Shown: positions 41,297-51,278 of the stretch, piece by piece
How positions within the stretch are numbered: position 1 is the stretch's first letter
Layout of the letters: each line of letters opens with the position of its first letter
DNA from: Candidatus Daviesbacteria bacterium
GTDB lineage: Bacteria > Patescibacteriota > Microgenomatia > Daviesbacterales > UBA10151
Assembly: GCA_016176465.1 (NCBI GenBank)
Contig: JACOXD010000006.1
Coordinates: forward strand, 7,878-71,877
Direction: 5' to 3'
DNA length: 64,000 nucleotides
Position numbers and translations under genes: made by a program
The notes under the pieces: generated by a model
What the model saw: the letters and a program-made list of their open reading frames with translations, nothing else
Database searches by the model: none
What the model was told of the DNA's origin: nothing

Positions 41297-41347
41297 TATG
41301 TTACCACAATTATTATATTAATGTAAAGACATATTTCTTCTTAATAG

Positions 41348-41464
41348 ATTGACTAGTCCCCATTTAAGCTTTATTCTAAAGATAGATATAAATTCTGCCT
41401 TAAATGTTAAGTAAAGAAGATTTTGAACTCCTAAGATCAGGAAATCCTAATTTATCCAAGGATT
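41348..41464 (+). repeat. direct repeat copy 2 (intact promoter plus 5' end)
   Basis: TTGACT-17-TATTCT, then MLSKEDFELLRSGNPNLSKD. Confidence 0.9.
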
Positions 41465-43692
41465 TTAGGAAATTAAAGTTTGTACTAATTATTTTAATAG
41501 TATTAACTTTTATAATTATTGCTACTCCTTTAGGAGTTTATTTAGTAATAGAAAATTCAAATAAAGATTCCTCTCTAGCCTCCTCCCAAAACTCTAACCT
41601 TTTATACAATACAGGAAGACAAATTTATAATTTAGGGAGTGCTGCAGCTGCTAGATTAGGACTAGCTTCATCGGATACTACCTTTACAGGGAATATTATT
41701 GCACACGAAGGCGAAGGAGGACATATATTAGCAGGGCCTCCATTATCTGATACAGGCAGATCTAATAAAGAAGATATAAAAATAAGAATTGAAGCTCCTG
41801 TAGGCACTACTAAAGTTATCTTATCTGATGCGTTTAGATTAAATTATCCTTTTCTAAACGCACAAGGCATGCCATCTTGCACTGACTCTCAAACAGGACA
41901 AAAATTAAGTAGTTGTCAGGAAATAACAAATTTTATTTATTCAGATGGTAGCACGGATGTTGACTGGAATTTAAAAAGAGGAACAAACCAAATTCAAGCT
42001 TTGTATATTATTGATAATCAGTTTGATTTAGGTAATGCCAGTACAAGTAATATCTTAAGTGTTTTTTATGATCCTGTTTGCATGGCGCAAAGATTAATTG
42101 ACAGTGAGGGAAATCCTATCTCACTTGATTATATTGATACTGATCCTGATAGATATTACAGTAGCTTATATGCAACTGAAATTTATAGCTGTAGTGAAGA
42201 AACAGGTTTTTGTGATGGTAGACTTTTATCCCCTGGTTATGCATGCCAGATTTCAAACCCTACTGAAAGGGATATAACTGGGACCATTAGAACGTGTGTA
42301 ACAAAAACACCTGGTGGATCACATCTACAAAGTATTCAATGTACTGCCAACATAAGACCTTGTAATCCACTAGAGGTAGGAGGTTCTAATGAAAGTATAC
42401 TAGACGCTCTCGTAGACAGTTTAGTCGAGGATTTAACCGTTGGAGAATACTGTTACATAGAAGGGACTGCAAATACTTATTCTGAGGATACAGGGCATAT
42501 AGTTTTAGGCGCTACAGCTGTTAGTTCAGAAACTGTCAGAGCACTTGAGCAAAGAGCCTCAAACGGACAACTTTCTCCTGAAGAATTAAGTAGATTAGAA
42601 AGAGTCAGAGCCATTCAAAGTAGACAAATTGCCCAACGCATGGGAGAAAATATAAGCGGAGGAGGCAGAGTCAAAGCCTTATTAAGAATCGCCTCAGTTG
42701 CGGTCTTAGTCCTTCCCCATATCGCTGGTATTGTTAGTAACATTCCAGGAGGGGTAACTGTTGGAGACAATATTACACCTCCAGTTATAGAGGGTATCCA
42801 ACTTTGTGAAAATGTAACTGATCCTACTCAGTTTTGTATTGATGGAGAGACTGGTGAACTATGGTTTTATCCCGCATTTCTAAATAGTTTTGGACTAGGT
42901 ATACAAAATGCTAATATAAAGCGTTTTTCACTCCCTAATATGCTCAATAGGTTTGTAAGGTATGATCCCACAGGAAGAGCAAATTTAGTAGACGAGAATG
43001 GTCGTGTCGCAATGGTGGTTGACGCAGGTTTAAAACTAAGCCGTTTACATGAAAGTGCCAATAATTTGACTGGACGAGTTTTAAAAGAAATCTTTCCTAA
43101 TAAAAATTTCCGAGTTTTATTAAATGAAGGTAGTGGAGGTGTTCTCTGGCAAGATATCGGGGAACCTTCCTTAGTTTATAAGGTAGCTTTTCCTTTAGAT
43201 GATGTGCCAAAAGATACTGATTGGGAAAACTGGTATTCAAGTTATCGTCATTCTGATGATACCTACCAACGGAACGAGGCTAAAGTAATAGCTTTATTAA
43301 ATCAATACGGTCTTACGCCTCGCTTGCATTTATTTGTTCCATCCAGCGCGAATCCTGACCCTATACCAGGAAGGGTTTTAGATACAGTGGAAATCCCAAT
43401 AAGTAGACAGACTTCCAGAGTACCTATTATTGTTATGGACTATGTAGAAATTAATGAAGATAGGTTGGATCAATTACCCGAAGAACAAAAAAGACAATGG
43501 GCGTTAAGAACGGCCCAGATATTAGAAAGTTTACGACTTTTCCCGGCGGATACTGAAATAGTTTTTGATGAAATATCAGGAACTATAAAATTTGTAGATT
43601 TAGGAGGTATGTCTGAGAAATACGATGGGTTAGTTGAACATTTTGGTTCTCTTTATGAAAGACTCAGTAGTCTGCTTCAGATTACTCCTTAA
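41404..43692 (+). CDS. membrane-anchored Cys-rich protein with C-terminal kinase-like domain
   Basis: TM; EGSGGV, VYKV, NEAKV, IVMDYV, PADTE, FVDLG. Confidence 0.75.
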   Translation: MLSKEDFELLRSGNPNLSKDFRKLKFVLIILIVLTFIIIATPLGVYLVIENSNKDSSLASSQNSNLLYNTGRQIYNLGSAAAARLGLASSDTTFTGNIIAHEGEGGHILAGPPLSDTGRSNKEDIKIRIEAPVGTTKVILSDAFRLNYPFLNAQGMPSCTDSQTGQKLSSCQEITNFIYSDGSTDVDWNLKRGTNQIQALYIIDNQFDLGNASTSNILSVFYDPVCMAQRLIDSEGNPISLDYIDTDPDRYYSSLYATEIYSCSEETGFCDGRLLSPGYACQISNPTERDITGTIRTCVTKTPGGSHLQSIQCTANIRPCNPLEVGGSNESILDALVDSLVEDLTVGEYCYIEGTANTYSEDTGHIVLGATAVSSETVRALEQRASNGQLSPEELSRLERVRAIQSRQIAQRMGENISGGGRVKALLRIASVAVLVLPHIAGIVSNIPGGVTVGDNITPPVIEGIQLCENVTDPTQFCIDGETGELWFYPAFLNSFGLGIQNANIKRFSLPNMLNRFVRYDPTGRANLVDENGRVAMVVDAGLKLSRLHESANNLTGRVLKEIFPNKNFRVLLNEGSGGVLWQDIGEPSLVYKVAFPLDDVPKDTDWENWYSSYRHSDDTYQRNEAKVIALLNQYGLTPRLHLFVPSSANPDPIPGRVLDTVEIPISRQTSRVPIIVMDYVEINEDRLDQLPEEQKRQWALRTAQILESLRLFPADTEIVFDEISGTIKFVDLGGMSEKYDGLVEHFGSLYERLSSLLQITP

Positions 43693-43781
43693 CTAAACTA
43701 ATGAATCAATTTTCCCAAAAAACTATCTTTGACAATCATATTGAAGAGAACTATCCTAAGTTAGTAAGTAAAACTCAATTA

Positions 43782-45077
43782 ATGTTAAGTATTTTATCCA
43801 AGCTAATTATACTCTCAGTAATATTGATACTTATTTTATTAGGAATCCCTTATATAGAAGGTGGAGTATTAGGCTCTGATACAGATGTACCAAGTACAGG
43901 TAGTGATGCATCAACCATTCTCGAACAAATCAACAAGAGAAATGAGGCACCATCATCGAATCAAGGCTGGGAATTAGATTCTGCTGAAGGTCCTTGGCAA
44001 ATTTGGAAATCGAGCGAAAGAATATTACTTTGGGACCAAAGAAGTAACCATAGAGCAGTAGTTATTCGACGTACTCCTAATAACTGGGAAAGTTTAATGC
44101 TATTAAGGAGTGTCCTTAATCAGCAAATACCAGTAGGTACACAAGGTTTATTAAAATTTAATATTGCTCCTCCTGGTGATCCTGAACCACCCCCTTTTTC
44201 AACTGTTACTACTAACGAATTCTCTAATAAAGCCTGTGTTTACTCCCAGCTCGATAATGGTATAGAAAATTGTTATTGGGGAAATTGTAAAGATTCTTCT
44301 AAAAATTGTGGGAGTACTGTTAATGATAATTGTACATATATCCCTGGTAAATCTTCTGGAGAAAAATTATCTTCCTGTCCAGTAGGAGATATCTCTAACT
44401 TAACTCCTTCAAACTATACTATTACTGATCTCTCCTTTAACCCCCCTTGTATCTACTCTGAAGGAGAGAATAAATGTTTTGTAGGAAGGTGTGAGGACAG
44501 TTTAGGAAGGGGTTGTTCATTTAGCAATAATTGTAAATATAATCAAGCTACTCATCAGCAGATAGATTGTCCAGGAAGTGGGGGTAATGTAGATATCTCA
44601 GGTAATGTTTGTATCTATCCTCAAGCAGGAGCTAGTGGTACCTCTTGTTACTATGGAGTGTGTACTAAAGAAGCAGAAGCACAGGGTAAATGTAAACCAT
44701 ATACTGTATCAGAAGGATGTATCTACTCTTCAGGTTTTGGACAAAAACTAAACTCTTGTCCTGCATCAGGGAGTTTAATAGCTAACCCCTCATTGCTGGA
44801 GAGGGCTGCTGGGTTGCTTGGGCTAGGAAGTAATAAATATTTAGTAAAAATAGAAATAGATGATGATCCTAACTTTATAAATGTTTCTTCTGATAATATA
44901 TATAAGGGAGAAAAATTAAATAGTTTAAGAAAAGAGGGTGGAAGTATAATTATTCCAAGCTTTAAACTATCTCCAGCATCTCAAGAGAATAGACAAATAT
45001 GTGTAAGATATACCTCTAATTTAGGAGATACTAATTCTCCACCATGTATATCTATTAGGAAAACTCCTGAACTTTAA
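43782..45077 (+). CDS. exported Cys-rich protein with three 6-Cys modules
   Basis: hydrophobic N-terminus from MLSILSK; modules align with those of 36998..38884. Confidence 0.85.
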   Translation: MLSILSKLIILSVILILILLGIPYIEGGVLGSDTDVPSTGSDASTILEQINKRNEAPSSNQGWELDSAEGPWQIWKSSERILLWDQRSNHRAVVIRRTPNNWESLMLLRSVLNQQIPVGTQGLLKFNIAPPGDPEPPPFSTVTTNEFSNKACVYSQLDNGIENCYWGNCKDSSKNCGSTVNDNCTYIPGKSSGEKLSSCPVGDISNLTPSNYTITDLSFNPPCIYSEGENKCFVGRCEDSLGRGCSFSNNCKYNQATHQQIDCPGSGGNVDISGNVCIYPQAGASGTSCYYGVCTKEAEAQGKCKPYTVSEGCIYSSGFGQKLNSCPASGSLIANPSLLERAAGLLGLGSNKYLVKIEIDDDPNFINVSSDNIYKGEKLNSLRKEGGSIIIPSFKLSPASQENRQICVRYTSNLGDTNSPPCISIRKTPEL

Positions 45078-45103
45078 GGATAAAAGTGCCCGAGCAACAA
45101 GGT

Positions 45104-45218
45104 GTCATCTTGAGCCTCCTCCTTGTCATCCTGATCAGGCGAAGCCTGAGAAGGATCTAGACTCTTCCTCCCTAAAGGGGCCCGCGGCTCAGAATGACAA
45201 AATAAACATCAGAATGAC
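45104..45218. repeat. compound GTCAT...ATGAC cluster
   Basis: extra left end at 45104, full unit 45125-45198, extra right end to 45218. Confidence 0.9.
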
Positions 45219-45225
45219 TGATAGA

Positions 45226-45540
45226 TTAGGCCAATTCTGCTCTATGCTGTAGGATATTTGCCCAAGTTAAAGCCTTTTCAGCCCATAATAGTCTATTTTT
45301 CCCATTAATTTGTTGTTTTCTTAAGTTTTTATACTCTTTTTTGAAGTTATTCAGAGTACTCTTGAACTTTTCACTAACTTTCTCAGACTGCAGATCACTT
45401 AAATAAGTATCTGTTTGATGGAAAAATCTTTCAATTAACGGGATTTTTTCTTGATAGTCAGCTTGCGCAACCCAGCCTCCAATTCTCCCCATATTTACAG
45501 AAATATTTAAGATTTGAATGTTTTTTGGTAAGTCTCTCAT
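45226..45540 (-). CDS. hypothetical helical protein
   Basis: 104-aa ORF overlapping the upstream gene. Confidence 0.7.
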   Translation of the reverse strand: MRDLPKNIQILNISVNMGRIGGWVAQADYQEKIPLIERFFHQTDTYLSDLQSEKVSEKFKSTLNNFKKEYKNLRKQQINGKNRLLWAEKALTWANILQHRAELA

Positions 45541-45872
45541 AACAATAATTTAGTAATTATTTTATCAATTTTTTCTCTAATTTCAGGGGCGGCTACTATT
45601 CGGCTTGGATTATCCTGATTTGGTCTAACATTAATCATTGAGTCATAATCTATTTTTTTTGTCTTTATATCTACTCCTGCTCCCCATAAATTTTCTTGAC
45701 TACATCCATATTGAAGCAACAGTCTTTCCTTATCATAGTGCATTTCTCCACCGCCCGCTAAGATTTCTTTCTCTATATCCACTACTACCTTAATATAATC
45801 TCCATACTCGTAGCACATTTTCTCAATCTCATTATCATTAGCTTTTTTTTCTCTAAGAATGATAATTGGCAT
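45537..45872 (-). CDS. DUF5674-like protein
   Basis: IKVVVDIEK, GGEMH, NLWGA, SMINVRP. Confidence 0.75.
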   Translation of the reverse strand: MPIIILREKKANDNEIEKMCYEYGDYIKVVVDIEKEILAGGGEMHYDKERLLLQYGCSQENLWGAGVDIKTKKIDYDSMINVRPNQDNPSRIVAAPEIREKIDKIITKLLL

Positions 45873-46083
45873 CGATAAATTATAGCATTTTAAAACACTC
45901 TTAAAATATAGATCTTTTTTAGCCTCAAGCAAGTAATAAAAAGTTATTAAAAATAGTATATATCCTATATTTGATCCTATGAGATATATTTTGATATAAT
46001 TAATATTACTTTATTTTTGGCCCTTACTTACTCTAGAATGTGCTTGGGGTAAGTGGGGGTCAATAAAAATTTAAAGGAGGTTC

Positions 46084-48438
46084 ATGTTTAGAAAATCTAA
46101 AACCCTTTTACCGCTACTACTTCTAGTCTGGTTTTTAATTAAACTCGGTCAAATTCCCCTAACTTTAGTTAATTCACTAGCTTCCCTCCTTTATAAATGT
46201 TATTTCTTGCTCAGTAAAATAAATAAATTATCCCCCTCTGAAATCTTTAAAAAAAGAAAAATAAAACATGAGATCCAAATCAAAAACTCATCCATCAGAG
46301 GTTTAAGGTTACATTTACTTTTTTCTAAGAAAAAGAGGGGACGTCCCAGAATCCAACCTTTTTTACCTTTTTATTTAGGTAAACTAAAGAAACTTTTAAA
46401 TAAAATATTCCCTAAACCTTTAAGAATTGGGGTAGGTTTAGCGATTGTAGCTTTAACTTTATTTGCATACTCCTATTTTTTAATAGTAATCGCCCATGAT
46501 TTGCCCTCACCTGATAAACTAAGCAATTTGCAAGGCCCGCTAACTACTACTTTTTATGATAGAAAGGGAAGACTCCTTTATAAATTATATGAGGGAAGAA
46601 ATAGAACTTTAGTTAGCCTTAAAGACTTACCTCCTGATTTAGTAGATGCAACTATTGCTATTGAGGATAAGCATTTTTATAACCATCCCGGCGTAGATAT
46701 TTTTGCAGTAGGAAGAGCACTACTATCTAACGCCAGAGATGAATCTGTTCAAGGAGGCTCAACTATTACTCAACAATTAATTAAAAACACTCTTTTAACT
46801 CCTGAGAGAACTTTAGAGCGAAAAATTAAGGAAGTTTTGCTTTCCTTTTGGGCAGAGAAAATCTTTACCAAAGAAGAGATTCTCTCAATGTATTTTAATG
46901 AATCCCCTTATGGTGGAACAGCCTGGGGAATTGAGGCTGCAGCTGAGACTTATTTTAATAAAAAAGCTAAGGATTTAAATCTGGCAGAGAGCGCATTTTT
47001 AGCAGGACTTCCCGCCTCCCCAACTACCTACTCACCTTTTGGAGCTCACCCAGAACTTTCTAAGAAAAGACAAAGGCAAGTACTAAACAGGATGGTTGAG
47101 GATGGCTATATCAGCAAAAGTCAATCTGATGAGGCGGCTAAATTGGATTTGAATTTTAATACTTTAAATAACCAGATCAAGGCTCCTCATTTTGTTATGT
47201 ACACGAGGGAAATTTTAGCCAAAAAATATGGGGAAAAAGTAGTTTCTCAAGGAGGATTAAAAGTTATTACCACTCTTGACTTAGATATCCAGGAAATGGT
47301 TGAAGAGGTAGTTAAAAATGAAGTAGCCAGCCTCTTAAATCTAAACGTAACAAATGGTGCGGCAATGGTAACAGATGCTAAAACAGGACAAATTTTAGCC
47401 ATGGTTGGATCAAAAAACTATTTTGATTTAAAATTAGGCAATTATAATGTCACAACAGCAGAGCGCCAACCAGGTTCCTCTATCAAGCCTGTTACTTATG
47501 CTACAGCCTTTAAAATGGGTTATTCCCCTGGAAATATTCTACTTGATACTCCTACAGTTTTTAAAAATGCCTGGGAAACTTATGCTCCTATTAATTATGA
47601 TGGCAAATTTCATGGTGCTGTAACCATAAGAGTGGCCCTTGGTTCCTCCTACAATGTAACTGCAGTTAAAATGCTGCAAATTGTTGGCATCCAAAATATG
47701 ATCCAAACAGCTAAAGATTTAGGGATTACCACATTTAAGGATCCAAATAGGTATGGTTTATCCCTAACTTTAGGAGGAGGGGAGGTTAAATTAATAGATA
47801 TGATGAGTGTTTATGGGACTCTTTCTCAAAATGGCGTTAAATATGAAGTTAGCCCTGTTTTAATGATAGCTGATGCATCTGGAGTAATTATTGAGGATAA
47901 CCAAACACCCCAAGGTAGCCAAGTTTTAGCTCCGGGTGTTGCTTATTTACTAACAGATATTTTGATGGATAATAAAGCCAGGACTCCTGCTTTTGGGGAA
48001 AATTCCCTGCTTAAGATTAGAAATCACCAAGTTGCAGTAAAAACAGGTACCACAGATAGCAAAAAAGACAACTGGACTTTTGGCTATACACCTGAATATG
48101 TGGTTGGGGTTTGGGTTGGAAATAATGATAGCTCCCCCATGGATTCATCCTTAACTTCTGGAATAACAGGGGCTGCTCCTATTTGGAATAAAATAATGAA
48201 TAATTTACTTATAGATAAAACTCCTGTCATTTTTAAAAAACCAGATGATATAGTTTTAGCTAGTGTTGATGGAAGAAAAGATTATATTGTTTCGGATTTA
48301 AGCCAAAGAAGCGTTGTGGGTATGGAAAGAAAAAGAGTTAAGGATGATAAAACTAAAGAAGAAAAAGATGTTATTACTTTTACAGACCCATTCACCACTG
48401 TCCAATCAGACCAATCAGGAACAACTACAATGCCTTAA
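46084..48438 (+). CDS. class A penicillin-binding protein (PBP1A family)
   Basis: EDKHFY, GGSTITQQ, RKIKE, PGSSIK, SYN, KTGT. Confidence 0.96.
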   Translation: MFRKSKTLLPLLLLVWFLIKLGQIPLTLVNSLASLLYKCYFLLSKINKLSPSEIFKKRKIKHEIQIKNSSIRGLRLHLLFSKKKRGRPRIQPFLPFYLGKLKKLLNKIFPKPLRIGVGLAIVALTLFAYSYFLIVIAHDLPSPDKLSNLQGPLTTTFYDRKGRLLYKLYEGRNRTLVSLKDLPPDLVDATIAIEDKHFYNHPGVDIFAVGRALLSNARDESVQGGSTITQQLIKNTLLTPERTLERKIKEVLLSFWAEKIFTKEEILSMYFNESPYGGTAWGIEAAAETYFNKKAKDLNLAESAFLAGLPASPTTYSPFGAHPELSKKRQRQVLNRMVEDGYISKSQSDEAAKLDLNFNTLNNQIKAPHFVMYTREILAKKYGEKVVSQGGLKVITTLDLDIQEMVEEVVKNEVASLLNLNVTNGAAMVTDAKTGQILAMVGSKNYFDLKLGNYNVTTAERQPGSSIKPVTYATAFKMGYSPGNILLDTPTVFKNAWETYAPINYDGKFHGAVTIRVALGSSYNVTAVKMLQIVGIQNMIQTAKDLGITTFKDPNRYGLSLTLGGGEVKLIDMMSVYGTLSQNGVKYEVSPVLMIADASGVIIEDNQTPQGSQVLAPGVAYLLTDILMDNKARTPAFGENSLLKIRNHQVAVKTGTTDSKKDNWTFGYTPEYVVGVWVGNNDSSPMDSSLTSGITGAAPIWNKIMNNLLIDKTPVIFKKPDDIVLASVDGRKDYIVSDLSQRSVVGMERKRVKDDKTKEEKDVITFTDPFTTVQSDQSGTTTMP

Positions 48439-50219
48439 CTCCCAACTGGAATTTTGACCTTCCCTAATTTTTGCCCCAACCATAAAACAGAGGTTAATAA
48501 AAAGTAATAAATTTTACCATGATAATCTTTTGAGCTTTTAACTAACTGCTTATACGCTTCCCCTTCTTTTAATTTCTTGGTAGAAGCACCGTGGTGATGG
48601 ATAAATTTAGCTGTGGGAATAAAATATATTGGCACCTCATATTCTTTGAGTCTTCTGCAATATTCCACATCCTCAAAAAAGATAAATTTATCTTCATCTA
48701 AATAGCCCACCCTATTTAAAATTTTTCTGGGGATTAGAAAACAGGCCATAACCAAACACTGCACCTTAACAGGTTTATCACCCAAAGGCAAATACATAAA
48801 ATAAGCTCCTTTTTGAGCCAGAAAATATTCTTTAAAAGCTCCAGTTATGGTAGGTAAGTTAAAAACAGAATCTTGGTTACTCATATCAGGAAAATATAAT
48901 CTTCCTCCTAAAACTGCCTCTCCTTTAAACTCCTCTGTAGCTTTAGTAATTTCCGCTAAACTATTCTCCAAAACTTCTATATCTGAGTTAAGCATTAAAA
49001 TATACTCACCCCTAGTAAACTTCATTGCTCTGTTATAACCCCCGCTAAATCCTGTATTTTCAGGATTTTCTATATATCTTGCTTGGGGATAGTCTTTCAT
49101 AAAGGACCCAACTGGATTTAACTTACCATTATCTAAAACTACTACCTCAGTTGATTGTTTATATATGCCTGATTTTTTATCATATATGCTTTTTAGAAGC
49201 GCTTTTACTAAATTTGCAGTATTGTAGTTAACAATTACTACTGATAGCTTTTTTTGATAACTTGAGCTCAATGTTACACCTCCGAGGTGTGAACCTGTGT
49301 CTTTATTTATTAAATCCTCTGGTGCTCCTTTTACACCCTTTAGAAAGTCCAAAACAGCCTTTTTTTGAGCCTTTCTGCCCACAATAAGAAACTTTATAGC
49401 CTCCCTAATAAGGGCAAATTTAGTTTTAAATGAGGCATATTTAAATCCAAAAATAAGTCTATTTCTAGTATGGAAATAATCAGTAAAGAAGGAGCCTATG
49501 CCTGTGGTTTGGGAGACTTTGTGATAGATAGAAACTGTCCCGTTATAAAATTTTTTAAACCCAAGCTTATTTGTTCTTAAAGAAAAATCATTGTCCTCCA
49601 TATAAGCAAAAAGATCCTCATCAAACATACCAACCTTTTCTAAAACCTCCTTTTTTATCAGCATGCAACAGCCTGTGATTAGATTTGTCTGCTCTACTTG
49701 GTCATATTTCCCTGAATCTACCTCATCTATTCCCCTATGTTTTGAGTAAACATTATTAAAATCAAACTCCCCACCGCCATACCATATAACTTTTCCCCTA
49801 TCTTTATCAGAATACCTATCCTTGTGAAACTCAAACCCAGGAGCAAAATAGATTTTAGGAGAAACTAGACCAATTTTTTCGCTAGATTTAGCAGTTTTGA
49901 TAAGCTCTTTACATAAATCTTTTGAATTTATTAAGGTATCATTATTAATAATCAAGATATAATCTGCTCCCCAAGCTAGTGAGTATTCCATTCCTCTGTT
50001 ATAGCCACCAGAAAAACCTTTATTTATATCTGTTTGGACTAAATCTACATTGGGAAACTTTTTTAAAATATCCTCAACTGAAGTATCTGAGGAACCATTA
50101 TCCACTACCACAGTTTTAACATCTAATCCAGAGGTATCAAGTTTTTTTAAACTCTCTAAAAACTCTAAAGTGTCCTTGGTGTTATTATAATTAACAGTAA
50201 CTATGGCAATTTTATCCAT
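48435..50219 (-). CDS. tandem GT2 glycosyltransferase
   Basis: two VDNGS/LDNG...NxD...ED domains. Confidence 0.92.
   Translation of the reverse strand: MDKIAIVTVNYNNTKDTLEFLESLKKLDTSGLDVKTVVVDNGSSDTSVEDILKKFPNVDLVQTDINKGFSGGYNRGMEYSLAWGADYILIINNDTLINSKDLCKELIKTAKSSEKIGLVSPKIYFAPGFEFHKDRYSDKDRGKVIWYGGGEFDFNNVYSKHRGIDEVDSGKYDQVEQTNLITGCCMLIKKEVLEKVGMFDEDLFAYMEDNDFSLRTNKLGFKKFYNGTVSIYHKVSQTTGIGSFFTDYFHTRNRLIFGFKYASFKTKFALIREAIKFLIVGRKAQKKAVLDFLKGVKGAPEDLINKDTGSHLGGVTLSSSYQKKLSVVIVNYNTANLVKALLKSIYDKKSGIYKQSTEVVVLDNGKLNPVGSFMKDYPQARYIENPENTGFSGGYNRAMKFTRGEYILMLNSDIEVLENSLAEITKATEEFKGEAVLGGRLYFPDMSNQDSVFNLPTITGAFKEYFLAQKGAYFMYLPLGDKPVKVQCLVMACFLIPRKILNRVGYLDEDKFIFFEDVEYCRRLKEYEVPIYFIPTAKFIHHHGASTKKLKEGEAYKQLVKSSKDYHGKIYYFLLTSVLWLGQKLGKVKIPVGS
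49276..49292. repeat. CACC-n-GGTG palindrome in frame in the GT2 linker
   Basis: identical to 14887-14903; encodes SHLGGV. Confidence 0.8.
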
Positions 50220-50227
50220 AAAAGCTT

Positions 50228-50366
50228 GTTATCCTTTCGGGTCTGAGCCTCAGGGTCGAAGACCTGATCTTTCCTCTCGTCATCCTGAGGGCAAAACCCG
50301 AAGGATCTAGTCTAGAGATTCTTCACTTAGTACGCTCAGAATGACAATGAGTATACTTAGAACGAC
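50228..50366. repeat. compound GTCAT...ATGAC cluster with nested second element
   Basis: GTTATC[CTTTCGGGTCTGAGCCTCAGGGTCGAAGAC]CTGA; full unit 50279-50345. Confidence 0.9.
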
Positions 50367-50369
50367 ACA

Positions 50370-51278
50370 TCATAGAACTCCTAAAGCCTCCAGGTAAGCA
50401 TCTTTTCTATCTTTTTTCCCCAAAATTGCAAACAAAAAGGCTCTAAAAATTAAAGATATAACCATTACTAATTTTACAAAAGGATATTCATCCTTGTAGT
50501 GCTGCCTATAGTACCTAACAATAGCTTTGATTTCACTCAAAAGCGGGTTTTTAAGCTCCCCTTTGGAGCTGGCTTTATCTATGTGAGTCACCTCAATTGA
50601 GGGTACATACATTAACCCAAAACCTTGATCTTTAATCCTTTTACACCACTCAACCTCCTCTCCATACATAAAAATACTCTCATCAAACCCATTTGTTGCA
50701 TCATATACTTCTCTTTTAAACATAAAATAAGCTCCCATTACCCACTGCACTTTTCTTTCTTTACTAAAAAAACTACTATCTTTAGGATGAATTGGGGATG
50801 CAATTTGATCCATCAAAGGAAACCTAGCCAAACCTGAAATCCAAAGTATGGTATTTAAAGGAGTAGGTAAATAACCTGCACTTGGCTGCAGTCTTCCATC
50901 TTTAAAGTTTAACCTAGGTCCAATTAAGTCTACCTCAGGATGGTTTTTAAAATATTCCAGTGATTTAACCAAAGTATCATCTACTACAAAACAATCTGAG
51001 TTTAAAAGCAAAATAAACTTACCCCTACTAGCTTTCATGCCTATATTATTCCCTCCACTAAAACCAGTATTAGTTTTAGAGATTATAAGCCTAACCCATC
51101 CATGTCTACTCTCCAGCATCTCCTTAGAACCATCAGAAGATGCATTTTCCACTACAATTACCTCTATTTCGCTCTTTAAGTTCTTTTCAGCAAATTCCTT
51201 AGCTTTTTTTACCCTGCTTAAACATTCATCAATTATATCTTTGGTATTAAAGCTTAAAATTATGATAGATAAATCCAT
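50370..51278 (-). CDS. GT2 glycosyltransferase
   Basis: ENASSDGS, LLNSD, FMYGEE. Confidence 0.92.
   Translation of the reverse strand: MDLSIIILSFNTKDIIDECLSRVKKAKEFAEKNLKSEIEVIVVENASSDGSKEMLESRHGWVRLIISKTNTGFSGGNNIGMKASRGKFILLLNSDCFVVDDTLVKSLEYFKNHPEVDLIGPRLNFKDGRLQPSAGYLPTPLNTILWISGLARFPLMDQIASPIHPKDSSFFSKERKVQWVMGAYFMFKREVYDATNGFDESIFMYGEEVEWCKRIKDQGFGLMYVPSIEVTHIDKASSKGELKNPLLSEIKAIVRYYRQHYKDEYPFVKLVMVISLIFRAFLFAILGKKDRKDAYLEALGVL

Noticed and set aside
46019-46062. Riboswitch upstream of PBP1A
   Set aside because: Only a single hairpin; no recognisable aptamer.
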